This document shows, one piece after another, positions 1-9,634 of a stretch of 64,000 nucleotides of DNA (positions are counted from its first letter, which is position 1; the number at the start of each line of letters is the position of its first letter). Both the position numbers and the translations under genes were made by a program. The notes below the pieces were generated by a model. The model was not told the DNA's origin. It saw only the letters and a program-made list of their open reading frames with translations, and ran no database searches. Where the stretch lies: positions 3,616,001 through 3,680,000 of the forward strand of contig OY781964.1 in the NCBI GenBank assembly GCA_963677485.1. Direction: 5' to 3'. The DNA comes from Armatimonadota bacterium (lineage in GTDB: Bacteria; Armatimonadota; HRBIN16).

Positions 1-1
1 C

Positions 2-334
2 ATCAACGACGCGCCTGCATTGGCCAGCAGCGAGTTGGGCATCGCGCTGAGCAGCGGCACCGATGTGGCGATGGAGTCGGCGGATGCGGTGGTGATGCAC
101 CGAGGTATCGAAGGGGTGGTCACGCTGATCCGACTGGGACGCGCTTCCATGCGGATCATCCGGCAGAACCTGTTCTGGGCCTTTTTCTACAATCTGCTGG
201 GCATCCCCGCGGCGATGGGGCTGCTCACACTTTGGGGTGGGCCAATGTTGAACCCGATGATCGCAGCAGGGGCCATGAGCCTCAGCTCGCTGACGGTGGT
301 GTTGAATGCCCTTCGGTTGCGGCGGTTCGTGTAG
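2..334 (+). CDS. Heavy-metal P1B-type ATPase (CopA-like), C-terminal part, truncated by window start
   Basis: Frame from nt 2 reads INDAPALA..GIAL..GTDVAMESAD..IRQNLFWAFFYN..NPMIAAGAMSLSS; YN and MxxSS motifs typical of Cu+ ATPases. Confidence 0.9.
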   Translation: MNDAPALASSELGIALSSGTDVAMESADAVVMHRGIEGVVTLIRLGRASMRIIRQNLFWAFFYNLLGIPAAMGLLTLWGGPMLNPMIAAGAMSLSSLTVVLNALRLRRFV

Positions 335-345
335 GTGAATTTGTG

Positions 346-368
346 GGGCGGATCGGTCGGATCCGCCC
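346..368. terminator. Hairpin between convergent genes, probable intrinsic terminator
   Basis: GGGCGGATC-ggtcg-GATCCGCCC perfect 9-bp stem. Confidence 0.6.
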
Positions 369-386
369 TATTCCTTTGTCCCCAAA

Positions 387-1469
387 CTATGAACTTTGCC
401 GACCGTAACCGCGGCGCAGGCCGATGGCGGAACGCAGCTCGCTTGCCAGATTGACCGCCTCATGTCTACTGAGTCCCTGAAACAGCCGCGTGTTCACACC
501 GCATATCACCACATCAAGGCCGCATTGAGGTGTGTTTTTGGTGGTCAGAAGCCATTCCGAAGGCTGGATGTCACCGATGTCGGAGAGCTGGTACTCGTAC
601 CGCTGCCCGAATGGACGTTCACCAACGACAAATAGGCCTTGCGTTACTTCGATGTATCTGTTTTTCAAAGACGATGCGGCTATCGTCACCAAAGCCACTA
701 AGGCGTTGATCAGCGCATTTGCATACTGGGTTAGCGCGTGCCACAACCGCTCCCAAACTGGCGATGAGGAGGCATCAGATAGCGCACCTATGGCCACATA
801 GACGATGATGGCCACGGCGATGACACCCTTAAAGGCCAAGGCTACCGGTTGCGGCATCCAGTACTGCATCCCCTGACCAACCTGGCGCGAGAGAACCTTC
901 CGCTTTTTCGCGGGTTCATGTGTTGCATATGACACCCCAAGAGGCTGCATCACCATGGGGAAATACCTTTGCACGAGAGAGCGTATCTCCTCCATGCTGT
1001 CGCGATCGATGTTCTGGCAGGCGGCGAAATCACCGCTTTCCGTGCTGAACACCAATGTCCATCCTGCATCATCGCTACTGGCCGGATTATGGATGGCTTG
1101 GAAGTCACGCACACTACCCAGGCTGAACACTTTCGGCTTGAACGGCCAACGCACCACAGATAGATGGCTTAAAGTGATCTCTAGCTGCTCATGGCTTAAA
1201 TGCATGTAGCCCAGAATGACGAGGATTAATACAATACCAGGCCCTAGGACAAAAAAGGCCGCAGACGCATCAGAAACCAGCATGTGGTAGGCGATCATAC
1301 CCAACAGCGTCGACATGACCAATATAAACACCGTCTTAACAAACACAGGGTTATCGTCGCTCTTGCGCACGCGCAGTCCATCATGGGTTTGCTGGATAGT
1401 GACCATTTTCGAACGGCCTTTACGAACTGGGGATACTGGCTTTGGTGACTTAAGCGCACGCAGATACAT
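387..1469 (-). CDS. Hypothetical membrane protein, two repeats of TM hairpin plus soluble (PH-like?) domain
   Basis: 360-aa ORF, GGGAG RBS upstream, two hydrophobic hairpins each followed by a ~80-aa beta-rich segment. Confidence 0.6.
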   Translation of the reverse strand: MYLRALKSPKPVSPVRKGRSKMVTIQQTHDGLRVRKSDDNPVFVKTVFILVMSTLLGMIAYHMLVSDASAAFFVLGPGIVLILVILGYMHLSHEQLEITLSHLSVVRWPFKPKVFSLGSVRDFQAIHNPASSDDAGWTLVFSTESGDFAACQNIDRDSMEEIRSLVQRYFPMVMQPLGVSYATHEPAKKRKVLSRQVGQGMQYWMPQPVALAFKGVIAVAIIVYVAIGALSDASSSPVWERLWHALTQYANALINALVALVTIAASSLKNRYIEVTQGLFVVGERPFGQRYEYQLSDIGDIQPSEWLLTTKNTPQCGLDVVICGVNTRLFQGLSRHEAVNLASELRSAIGLRRGYGRQSS

Positions 1470-1573
1470 AAACGGCTCCCACTAATCATAGGTTGTAGCG
1501 GACGGATCAGACGTATCTTGCCAATCCGTCCGATCACAATAAAACCAAATTCCTGCCCGTAAGTGTGACGGGT

Positions 1574-2674
1574 TTACAGCCCGGCGCCTGTTTTGCGAAT
1601 CACGCCATTCGTCGCCGTAGTGATGGCTTCCACTATTGATTCCGCCTCACTGTGGGTGATGTCTTTCACCAGCACCACTGGCATCAGCTTCTCACGGAAG
1701 GCGACCATGCTCTGTGCTGCATGTGGATTGCTGTTCTTCAGCGTCAAAGCCTGAAGGTCGGTCACTAGCTTCAAGTTCACCGACCTGCGTCCAGATCCCT
1801 TCGGGTAACTGATATCATCAAGACCCACCACGATATGGCGGTCGCTGGGTCGGCGGCGGATGCCATACACAGCAACCGCCAGCAGCACGATCAGTGGCAG
1901 GACGATGGATCCAAAAGAGACCAGCGTCGAAGCGACGAGGTTGACAGCCATGATGATGGCACCTGCGGCCAGGGCCCACCAGCCCATCACACCGTAGCTG
2001 GCGCGTTGTTTGGGCTTGATGATGAGCATCCCCTGATCCGTCTCACAGGTATAACGCATCGTCAAATGGCTCAACTCACCATCTGCGAGCTGTTCACGGA
2101 TGTCCTCTCGGATAATCTGAGCGTGCCTGGGCTTCATATACTGCCATATCCGGTCGCGTTCCTTCAAGGTCAGGCCCAATCCCCACGGGTGGCATTCGCT
2201 GCCTTGTACCATCCACATCCGGGGCTCGTTGCCAAGCAGGCCAGGCATCGGCAGTGTGCCGAAGTGCAGGTAAGCCCCCTTATCAGCTTGAAACATGATG
2301 TCCGGCAGGAAGCTACGCTGTAACCTTATGGTGTGACCATCTGTGCTGAGCTTCTCACGACGAAAAGCCCACATAAACAACACGGCACAAGGAACCAGTA
2401 TCATCGGGCTCATACGCAGCAGCAACACCCAGTCGAAGCCTTTGGGTCCAGACATCACCATCGTCTGCGCCACCACCCACAGCATCCCAAACACCACAAG
2501 CACCATACCGGAAAATCGGGCTCCATTACCGCCTGTGAAGGCACTTACTGTAGTGGTGCCATCACTATCGGTGACTGTAGCCTCTTCCCATTGCTCGTAG
2601 TAAGGTGTGCCCGGTAACCAGGCATTCCGCTGTTCAAACTCCTCAACCCTGTTTTGCAGCCACTCATCAGCCAA
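1574..2674 (-). CDS. Hypothetical membrane protein, architecture similar to 387..1469
   Basis: 366-aa ORF, two TM hairpins each followed by a soluble segment; 9 bp downstream of the methyltransferase gene. Confidence 0.6.
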   Translation of the reverse strand: MADEWLQNRVEEFEQRNAWLPGTPYYEQWEEATVTDSDGTTTVSAFTGGNGARFSGMVLVVFGMLWVVAQTMVMSGPKGFDWVLLLRMSPMILVPCAVLFMWAFRREKLSTDGHTIRLQRSFLPDIMFQADKGAYLHFGTLPMPGLLGNEPRMWMVQGSECHPWGLGLTLKERDRIWQYMKPRHAQIIREDIREQLADGELSHLTMRYTCETDQGMLIIKPKQRASYGVMGWWALAAGAIIMAVNLVASTLVSFGSIVLPLIVLLAVAVYGIRRRPSDRHIVVGLDDISYPKGSGRRSVNLKLVTDLQALTLKNSNPHAAQSMVAFREKLMPVVLVKDITHSEAESIVEAITTATNGVIRKTGAGL

Positions 2675-2683
2675 GACTGTTCT

Positions 2684-3532
2684 CTACTTTGCCGGGCTGG
2701 TACACCGGGCTATGAAATAGTAGACCAGTGCGCCTGTGATGTGATCAACATGAACTTCCTGACTTAACAGTGCATGAAGCTCAGGCTTGGAAAAGCGGAA
2801 ATAATAGATGCCGCCCTCATGTTCGCCTTCTTTTTGGCTCATGAGGCGTGTATATAAGGAGTGCTTATAGGCAGAGATCACGATCGGTCTACCGGCGCTG
2901 CACACCCGGCCCATTTCGCGAATCGCCTGCCTCCGCAAGTCATCCGTAGGGATGTGCTCCAGCACTCCGCAACTCACCACACGGTCACAAACCTCCTGCC
3001 GTAATGGCATATTGCACAGGTCAGCTTGAATGAGGTCCACGTTCTCCACACCGGCTTCTTTAAGCTTCCGGGCACACACCAATAGCGATTCCCAGCTAAA
3101 GTCCATCGCGATGACCTGCTGGCTCCGCTTGGCAAACTCAATCGTCATTCGTCCTGTGCCGCATCCCGCTTCCAGCAATACGTGCCTGGAACACAGGTCC
3201 AGATAGCGGATGGTCATCGGAATCTCAAGCAGTCCGTAAAGATTGAGATACCACATGCCGTCGTAGTCGTTGACCTGAGCATCGCGCGCCTGGATCTCTT
3301 TCTGCTGCTGCAGCGAATCGGTGGGAAGACTTCCCGCGGCACTCGCTGGAGTGCGAAGATGATCGGGCAGCATTTTAGGAATGCCGTTGACTATTTCATA
3401 TACTCGGTTGCATACCGGACAAGTTAACAAGCCAGATGTGACGATATCGCCGTTGCTAACCTCATCTTTAAGCTTTAGTGACGATTCGCATCCTGCCGGG
3501 CAGCGTAATGATGCTAATAACGAGAGATGCAT
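2684..3532 (-). CDS. Trm112-like zinc-knuckle domain fused to class I SAM-dependent methyltransferase
   Basis: N-term LRCPAGC..LTCPVCNRVYEIVNGIPKML (Trm112 pattern); LEAGCGTGR motif I; VLEHI. Confidence 0.8.
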   Translation of the reverse strand: MHLSLLASLRCPAGCESSLKLKDEVSNGDIVTSGLLTCPVCNRVYEIVNGIPKMLPDHLRTPASAAGSLPTDSLQQQKEIQARDAQVNDYDGMWYLNLYGLLEIPMTIRYLDLCSRHVLLEAGCGTGRMTIEFAKRSQQVIAMDFSWESLLVCARKLKEAGVENVDLIQADLCNMPLRQEVCDRVVSCGVLEHIPTDDLRRQAIREMGRVCSAGRPIVISAYKHSLYTRLMSQKEGEHEGGIYYFRFSKPELHALLSQEVHVDHITGALVYYFIARCTSPAK

Positions 3533-3608
3533 TTTTGGGCTTTCTCCTTTGAGGTCGCGATGGCTGTTAGCTCATCCATGCGCTCCCCAACATACAGTAT
3601 ATGCGAAT

Positions 3609-3637
3609 GGCCCGGTCTGCGGTAGTTAGACCGGGCC
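3609..3637 (-). terminator. Hairpin downstream of propeller gene copy 1
   Basis: GGCCCGGTCT-9nt-AGACCGGGCC. Confidence 0.55.
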
Positions 3638-3650
3638 CAATTTAAAGGTT

Positions 3651-4751
3651 CTATTTCTCCCAGGTAATCTTGACGGAGTGCAGCTCCGTATTCCAGTTGG
3701 CCCAGTTCACACCAGGGGTCGCGCTATAAGCGTATCCCAGGTATATCGGCCGTTTGAGGTCGATATGCCCTTGTGTGTCGGCACTGATGCCACAGTTGTG
3801 GAGATAGGGAATCATATTTTTGGTGATGCTGATCGGTTCGCTCCAGCTTAGTCCATCTTGCGAAGTCCTGACAGCGATGAAACTGTTCGGCCCCATCCGA
3901 CTGGCTGTGCTGACCGAAATGAAGCTTTTATATGCAGGGATATACTTCACATCGGCGCTGTCTTCATTGTCAAGCCTGTCCCATGCGGTGCCAATAAACT
4001 TTATCTTCGCTGGCCAGTTTTCATCGTCAGCAGGAGCGGTGGCAATCATCGTGCGGTTGGTACTCACCCTGGCATTTTGCGGCCCCTCAGCACTCATGAC
4101 GGTGTAGTAGATATACAGCGTCTTGCCCAGGCGCACAAAACTGGGTTCTCCAGCCCCCCATACAAGCAATGGCGTGCGGAATGGCACAATCGGCAGCGGC
4201 TTCAAACCACCCCAGCCGGATCCGTTCCACTTCTCAAAAGGGCCCGTGGGGCTGCTGCTGCGTGACACAAAAATCTCGGCACGGTTCCCTGCCAGATTAT
4301 CGGCGGCTGTCACACCCAGGTAGTAATATTTCCCTAGTTTGATGACACACGGATCGCAAACGCTGAATTTGTCACGCGAGAATGGGGTAGGCATCAGAAC
4401 GATGGTTTCATCGCTGGCCCACTTTCCTTCAGCGGTCAGCTTGCGGTGGCGGATCCAGTCCCACTGGTAATAGCTGTCACCTTCTACAGCATTCTCAGGA
4501 AAGGGATGGAACACCTTGAAGTCTGGTTTGTTTTCTACCGAACCACCCGGTGATGAAAAGTAAGCATCGATGCTGCCATCGGGATTGATCAACAGGGAGG
4601 GACCATATCGATAGGCGGCGCCGTCTTTTGTGGGATCGAAGAAGGTTCGGCCGGGTTCGGCATCAATCGTGAGGCGTTTGATGGGCTTCGCCATTCCACA
4701 CGCCGAGGAAACCATGATCAAGGCCACTAATGGCCATGCGGGATATTTCAC
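3651..4751 (-). CDS. Secreted five-bladed beta-propeller glycoside hydrolase-like protein (GH43-like clan), copy 1
   Basis: GTG start with CAGGAG RBS, signal peptide, motifs YRYGPS, VCDPCV, GAGEPS. Confidence 0.65.
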   Translation of the reverse strand: MKYPAWPLVALIMVSSACGMAKPIKRLTIDAEPGRTFFDPTKDGAAYRYGPSLLINPDGSIDAYFSSPGGSVENKPDFKVFHPFPENAVEGDSYYQWDWIRHRKLTAEGKWASDETIVLMPTPFSRDKFSVCDPCVIKLGKYYYLGVTAADNLAGNRAEIFVSRSSSPTGPFEKWNGSGWGGLKPLPIVPFRTPLLVWGAGEPSFVRLGKTLYIYYTVMSAEGPQNARVSTNRTMIATAPADDENWPAKIKFIGTAWDRLDNEDSADVKYIPAYKSFISVSTASRMGPNSFIAVRTSQDGLSWSEPISITKNMIPYLHNCGISADTQGHIDLKRPIYLGYAYSATPGVNWANWNTELHSVKITWEK

Positions 4752-4846
4752 TAACAGATTCTCCTGAGATTGATTAAGAAGCCGCAAACTGCGGCATGAG
4801 TAGCATCTTGTTCACTCGGTCCGCAAGATGCAGGATATGGGAATGG

Positions 4847-4871
4847 CCCGGTCTGCATGAGGCAGACCGGG
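4847..4871 (-). terminator. Hairpin downstream of propeller gene copy 2
   Basis: CCCGGTCTGC-atgag-GCAGACCGGG; homologous to 3609..3637. Confidence 0.55.
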
Positions 4872-4887
4872 TTTGGAGATGATGTGG

Positions 4888-5988
4888 TTATTTTTCCCAG
4901 GTGATCTTCACGGGGTGAAGCTCTGTATTCCAGCTGCCCCAGTTCACGCCGGGGGTCACGCTATAGGCGTATCCCAGGTAAATCGGCCGTTTGAGGTCGA
5001 TATGCCCCTGTGTGTCGGCACTGATACCACAGTTATGAAGGTAGGGGTGGAGGTTCTTCTTGATATGGATCGGTTCACTCCAGCTTAGCCCATCTTTAGA
5101 GGTGCGGACTGCAATATAACTATCCGGTCCCATCCGGCTGGCGGTGCTGACCGATATGAAGCTCTTGTAGGCTGGGATGTACTTCACGTCGGCACTATCT
5201 TCGCCTTCAAGCCTATCCCATGCGGTGCCGATAAACTTCATCTTCGCAGGCCAGTCTTCATCATCGGCCGGTGCGGTGGCGACCATCGTGCGGTTGATAC
5301 CCACTCTGGCATTCAACGGACCCTCAGCACTGGTGATGGTGTAATAGATGTATAGTGTGTTGCCCAAGCGCACAAAGCTGGGCTCTCCAGCTCCCCATAC
5401 CAGCAACGGTGTGCGGAATCGCACAATCGGCAGCGGCTTCACGCCACCCCAGCCAGACCCGTTCCATTTCTCAAAGGGACCGGTGGGACTGGTGCCGCGT
5501 GCCACGAATACCTCGTTACGGTTACCCGGTAGATTGTCGACGGCGGTTACACCAAGATAGTAGTAGGTACCCAGCTTGATCACACCCGGATCGCATACGC
5601 TGTATTTATCACGCGAAAAAGGGGTCGCCATCAGCACGATGGTTTCAGCGCTGGCCCACTTACCTTCAGCGGTCAGCTTACGGTGTCGGATCCAGTCCCA
5701 CTGGTGGTAGCTGTCACCCTCCACGGGAGTTTCAGGAAATGGGTGGAATACCTTGAAATCGGGCTTGTTTTCCACGGAGCCACCTGGCGAGGCGTAGTAT
5801 GAATCGATACTGCCGTCCGGGTTGATCAACAGTGTCGGGCCATACCGATACGCGGCACCGTCTTTTGTATGATCGAAGATAGTCCAGCCGGGTTCGGCAT
5901 CTATCGTAAGGCGCTTGATAGGCTTAGCCATTCCACACGCCGAAGAAACCATGATCAAGGCCACTAAGGGCCATGCACTGAATCTCAT
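4888..5988 (-). CDS. Secreted five-bladed beta-propeller glycoside hydrolase-like protein, copy 2 (tandem paralog)
   Basis: ATG with CAGGAG RBS; colinear and the same length as 3651..4751, most residues identical. Confidence 0.65.
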   Translation of the reverse strand: MRFSAWPLVALIMVSSACGMAKPIKRLTIDAEPGWTIFDHTKDGAAYRYGPTLLINPDGSIDSYYASPGGSVENKPDFKVFHPFPETPVEGDSYHQWDWIRHRKLTAEGKWASAETIVLMATPFSRDKYSVCDPGVIKLGTYYYLGVTAVDNLPGNRNEVFVARGTSPTGPFEKWNGSGWGGVKPLPIVRFRTPLLVWGAGEPSFVRLGNTLYIYYTITSAEGPLNARVGINRTMVATAPADDEDWPAKMKFIGTAWDRLEGEDSADVKYIPAYKSFISVSTASRMGPDSYIAVRTSKDGLSWSEPIHIKKNLHPYLHNCGISADTQGHIDLKRPIYLGYAYSVTPGVNWGSWNTELHPVKITWEK

Positions 5989-6195
5989 AGTTTGATACTC
6001 CTGGGACAGATTTGGAAGCGACACACTGTAGCCCGGTAATGAACCTGGCCACTTTCAATTTCGCCATTTGTTTCTCGATTCCTGCGTGACCGTTGGCACA
6101 AATACTCAGCCTTCGGCGACGGGTTCCATCAACCCACAAAAGCGGGCCTCGTCACCCGTGGCAATCGTGGTTGAGCAGCTAATCACACGCACCAA

Positions 6196-7266
6196 CTACC
6201 ATTGGTACTCATACATCGCCCGTGCGTTTGCTAATGGCACCGCATGGTGAAGCTCTGTGGTGCTGCCCATGAAGAACTTGCGGCCGCCTGTGATCTCGAT
6301 CGCCTGGCGACAGCATTCCTGCACCTGCTCCGGCGTGCCGAACGGCAGCAACTGGCTGACGTCGATACCTCCCGCCATGAAAAGCTGCGGTTGCAGCTCG
6401 CGAACTGTGGCCATGCTCATACCCGCGCAGCTCTCGATCGGGTTGATGCCATCGATACCGGCACCCGCCAAGTCGGCCAGGATCGGTGTGAGGTCGCCAT
6501 CGCTGTGGAACAGGCAGGTCACACCATATTGATGCCAGGCTTCCACCAGCCGCTGCAGCCGGAAGAAGAAGTGGTCCCGCAGCCATTTTGGGCTGAACAT
6601 CGGTCCGCCCTTGGCGGCGATGTCATCATATGTTAGTGCGACTTCTATCAGCCCCGTGGGGGCGAGGGCATGGACCCATCGGATCTGTGCCTTGTTGCGT
6701 GTTTCCAGCCAGTCGTCTACCAGCTCGGGTTCATCGGCACAGAGCTCCGCGAAGAGCTGCAGCCCGCATGATCCGTAAGCCTCTGTGAGTCCTACCCCGC
6801 TTTCCAGAACGAACATCGGAAGCTCTTTCTCGTCACCTACGGTAGACATACATTCGGTGTAGAACTGCTTCACCATGGCTTCGGTACCGGCCACAGCCGC
6901 GGGGTCAACCGTATCGGCTGCGTTGATGGCTGTAATCTGCGTCTTGACCCACTCCGCCAGACCTTCCACATCGTGGTATGGCCGTTTGGTGATCCAACTC
7001 GTCCAGCGCTCCGTCTGCCAGGCATGGCCGTCTGGAGATTCGTAAGTGCCGGGCGCATTCGGGCCGAACACCATGCGGGTCATATCCAGGCAGCGGGAGA
7101 TCGCTTTGGCCTTGACTTGACGGCCATTCTCCACGGTCAGCGCCTCGCCGGCATAGTATTTAATCACATCGTCGTTCATTAGGATGTCGTATGTTGGGAC
7201 GCGGTCTACCTCCTCGCCACGGATAGCTCTGGCTACTCGTTCTCGTCGGCTCATGCTGATTGCCAT
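6196..7266 (-). CDS. Uroporphyrinogen decarboxylase (URO-D/MtaA-CmuA) family protein
   Basis: MSRRERV..GEEVDRVP N-term, YDDIA, FHSDG, GGIDVSQLL..GTPEQV; GGAG RBS before 7266. Confidence 0.8.
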   Translation of the reverse strand: MAISMSRRERVARAIRGEEVDRVPTYDILMNDDVIKYYAGEALTVENGRQVKAKAISRCLDMTRMVFGPNAPGTYESPDGHAWQTERWTSWITKRPYHDVEGLAEWVKTQITAINAADTVDPAAVAGTEAMVKQFYTECMSTVGDEKELPMFVLESGVGLTEAYGSCGLQLFAELCADEPELVDDWLETRNKAQIRWVHALAPTGLIEVALTYDDIAAKGGPMFSPKWLRDHFFFRLQRLVEAWHQYGVTCLFHSDGDLTPILADLAGAGIDGINPIESCAGMSMATVRELQPQLFMAGGIDVSQLLPFGTPEQVQECCRQAIEITGGRKFFMGSTTELHHAVPLANARAMYEYQW

Positions 7267-7361
7267 AAAATACGCTCCGTTTTTCGTCTCGCTGTATATC
7301 GCGAAAACTTTGTCCATGTGGGACAATAAAAATAGTAGATCATTTCTTTTGAGGTCGCAAC

Positions 7362-8459
7362 ATGCAATACCGTGAATACGGACGAACCGGAATCAAAGTG
7401 TCTGCATTAGGATTTGGTGCCATGCGGCTGCCATTCCAAGATGTGGATCTCTCTGTAAGCATCTTACAACATGCAATGGACAAAGGGGTAAACTTCATCG
7501 ATACCGCCTATGTCTACGGTGAAGATGGGGCCAGCGAGAAGGTAGTGGGGCAGGCTCTGAAGGGCCGTCGAGACAAAATCATCTTGGCGACCAAGAACCC
7601 GCTATTCGATGAGACTGCGGAAGGCTGACGCACTCGTCTGGAAACAAGCCTTAAGCGGTTGGATACAGACTATATCGACTTTTACAAAGTGATTCATGGC
7701 ATCAACTACAGTAACTACGAAGGTGTGTATCTTGACACCTTACTGCCAGAGATCATGAAAGCCAAAGAAGAGGGTAAAATCCGTCACATTACCTTCAGCA
7801 GCCATGACAGCCCGGAGAACATCATCAAGCTGATTGATACAGGTGCCTTCGAGGGCATGCTGGTGCAGTATAACCTTCTGGACCGCCGCAACGAACCCGC
7901 CCTCGCTCAGGCACTTGCCAAGGGGATGGGCGTGGAGATCATGGGGCCGGTGGGCGGAGGGCGCCTGGGCATGGCCAGCAACCGGCTGCGCGACCTGATC
8001 CCGGGCATCTCGGGCACGCCGGAATTGGCACTGCGATTTGTTTTGAGCAACCCTGCGGTGGTCACCGCCTTCAGCGGCATGAACACCATGCAGCAGGTGG
8101 ACGAAAACTGCACCACGGCCAGCCGTGAAGAGCCTTTGAGCGCCCAAGAGCGCACGCAGATCGAAGAAGCGTTGGAAGAGAACCGCAGCCTGAGCGAGCT
8201 GTATTGCACCGGATGCAACTACTGCCTGCCTTGTCCGCAGGGAGTGGCTATCCCGGAGATATTCGCTGCGATGAACCATCACCGTGTGTGGGGGCTCACC
8301 GATTTGGCCAAACACATGTATTCTCACTTTGGTGTGAACAACAAAGATGGCAAACTCAACGCCGAGGGTTGCGTGGAGTGCGGTGAATGTGAAGCCAAGT
8401 GCCCGCAGCACATCGAGATCATCCGGCAGTTGAAGGAAACACACGCTGCAATAGGCTAG
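7362..8459 (+). pseudogene. Aldo/keto reductase with C-terminal 4Fe-4S dicluster, interrupted by an in-frame TGA at 7626-7628
   Basis: LGFGAMRLP, FIDTAYVY, then G-TGA-RTRLETSLKRLDTDYIDFY in the same frame; CTGCNYCLPCP and CVECGECEAKCP. Confidence 0.8.
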
Positions 8460-8465
8460 AAGAAG

Positions 8466-8493
8466 GTAGGGGCGGTTCGCGAACCGCCCTTAC
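8466..8493. repeat. GTAG-type REP-like palindrome
   Basis: GTAGGGGCGGTTCGCGAACCGCCCTTAC; palindrome core recurs at 60750..60774. Confidence 0.7.
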
Positions 8494-8520
8494 CGTGCCT
8501 GCCCTTCTTTTTGCGGGTGC

Positions 8521-8893
8521 ATTTAACCACGAATGCACACGAATGAACACCAATGGGACATCTCACGCGAAGACGCGAAGGGGTCAGATTGGCAGTGTCC
8601 TACTCGTCTTGCTCATCCTAATCGCCCTATTAGGGGCTCTTTTAACCGCGGATGAACACGAATGAACGCGAATGGGAAGTCTCACGCGAAGACGCGAAGG
8701 CGCGAAGGGATGGCTTGGCAGTGTCCTACTCGTCTTACTCATCCTAATCGTTCTGCTGGGGCTCATTTTGACCGCGAATGCACACGAATGGACGCTAATG
8801 GGACATCTTACGCGAAGACGCGACGTATAGGGGCGTACTGCTTATTCCCGTGCTCTCCCCATCCTCCCATCCGCGTAATCCGTGGTTCAGACA
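8521..8893. repeat. Composite intergenic repeat: about 2.5 tandem ~120-bp units plus an inverted module
   Basis: Modules AACC(A/G)CGRATG(A/C)ACACGAATG, TCTCACGCGAAGACGCGAAG, GTCCTACTCGTCTT(G/A)CTCATCCTAATCG repeated. Confidence 0.8.
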
Positions 8894-8948
8894 AATTCCC
8901 TGGGCACATTCCACAAATATCCCACTATTTTACCAAAAAAGCACGAAG

Positions 8949-8980
8949 TATATATGAATATCCCTATATAGTGATATAAT
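8949..8980 (+). promoter_or_regulatory. Putative ArsR operator adjacent to an extended -10 promoter
   Basis: TATATATGAAT|ATCCCTATATA imperfect palindrome (9/11) then TGaTATAAT at 8972-8980. Confidence 0.55.
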
Positions 8981-9002
8981 TATATTCAGGTGCTCAAAAC
9001 AC

Positions 9003-9317
9003 ATGAAAAAAACAACCAAATTGATACCGATGGAAGTGCTGAACCAGGTGGCCCCTGTGATACGAAACACCGCACATCCACTGCGTTTGCGTATTCTGGA
9101 CTACCTCCAGTGCGCAGGGGAGCCACAGAACGTCAACCAGATCACTGAGGCAACCGATGTTGCTCAGGCATTCGTCAGTCAACAACTGCGCATACTCAAA
9201 GACCAGGGCGTGCTCACCTGCCAACGTCACGGCTTGTTCATGATGTATGAAATATCCAACCCGGCTCTGCTGCACCTTCTGGAGTGCATCCGGACACATG
9301 GTAAAGACTGTAAATAG
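9003..9317 (+). CDS. ArsR/SmtB family repressor, BigR/SqrR-like, four Cys
   Basis: AHPLRLRIL..VSQQLRIL..YEI wHTH; Cys at 37, 73, 95, 103. Confidence 0.85.
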   Translation: MKKTTKLIPMEVLNQVAPVIRNTAHPLRLRILDYLQCAGEPQNVNQITEATDVAQAFVSQQLRILKDQGVLTCQRHGLFMMYEISNPALLHLLECIRTHGKDCK

Positions 9318-9364
9318 ACCAGATGGGCATATCTGCTCATGACAAACACAAGGAGACATCTCTA

Positions 9365-9616
9365 ATGGCCGCAAATCTTGAATCCATCACCCCAGATAAG
9401 TCTGTTGACGCCCGTGCTATGGCATGCCCCGGTCCGCTGCTTGAAGCCAAAAAGGCTATTAGCACCGTCGCTGTGGGGCAGACACTTGAAATCATGTCCG
9501 GTGACAAGGGAAGCCAGGAAGACATCCCCGCATGGTGCAAAAAGACCGGACACGAGTACCTCGGATTTGTAGAGCGCGACGGATACGACAGCCTCTACGT
9601 CATCCGAAAAAAGTAA
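9365..9616 (+). CDS. tusA: TusA/SirA family sulfur carrier
   Basis: VDARAMACPGPLL..DIPAWC; AGGAG RBS. Confidence 0.85.
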   Translation: MAANLESITPDKSVDARAMACPGPLLEAKKAISTVAVGQTLEIMSGDKGSQEDIPAWCKKTGHEYLGFVERDGYDSLYVIRKK

Positions 9617-9634
9617 GCCGCATTGGGAGCAGCC

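Noticed and set aside
7626-7628. Genome-wide UGA recoding
   Set aside because: Many genes here end properly at TGA, including ATGA overlaps, and only one internal TGA was seen
8521-8825. Possible CRISPR array
   Set aside because: Whole units are degenerate copies with no unique spacers, and no cas genes are present
8399-8979. ORFs 8399..8665, 8584..8766, 8662..8979
   Set aside because: Translations of the intergenic repeat mosaic
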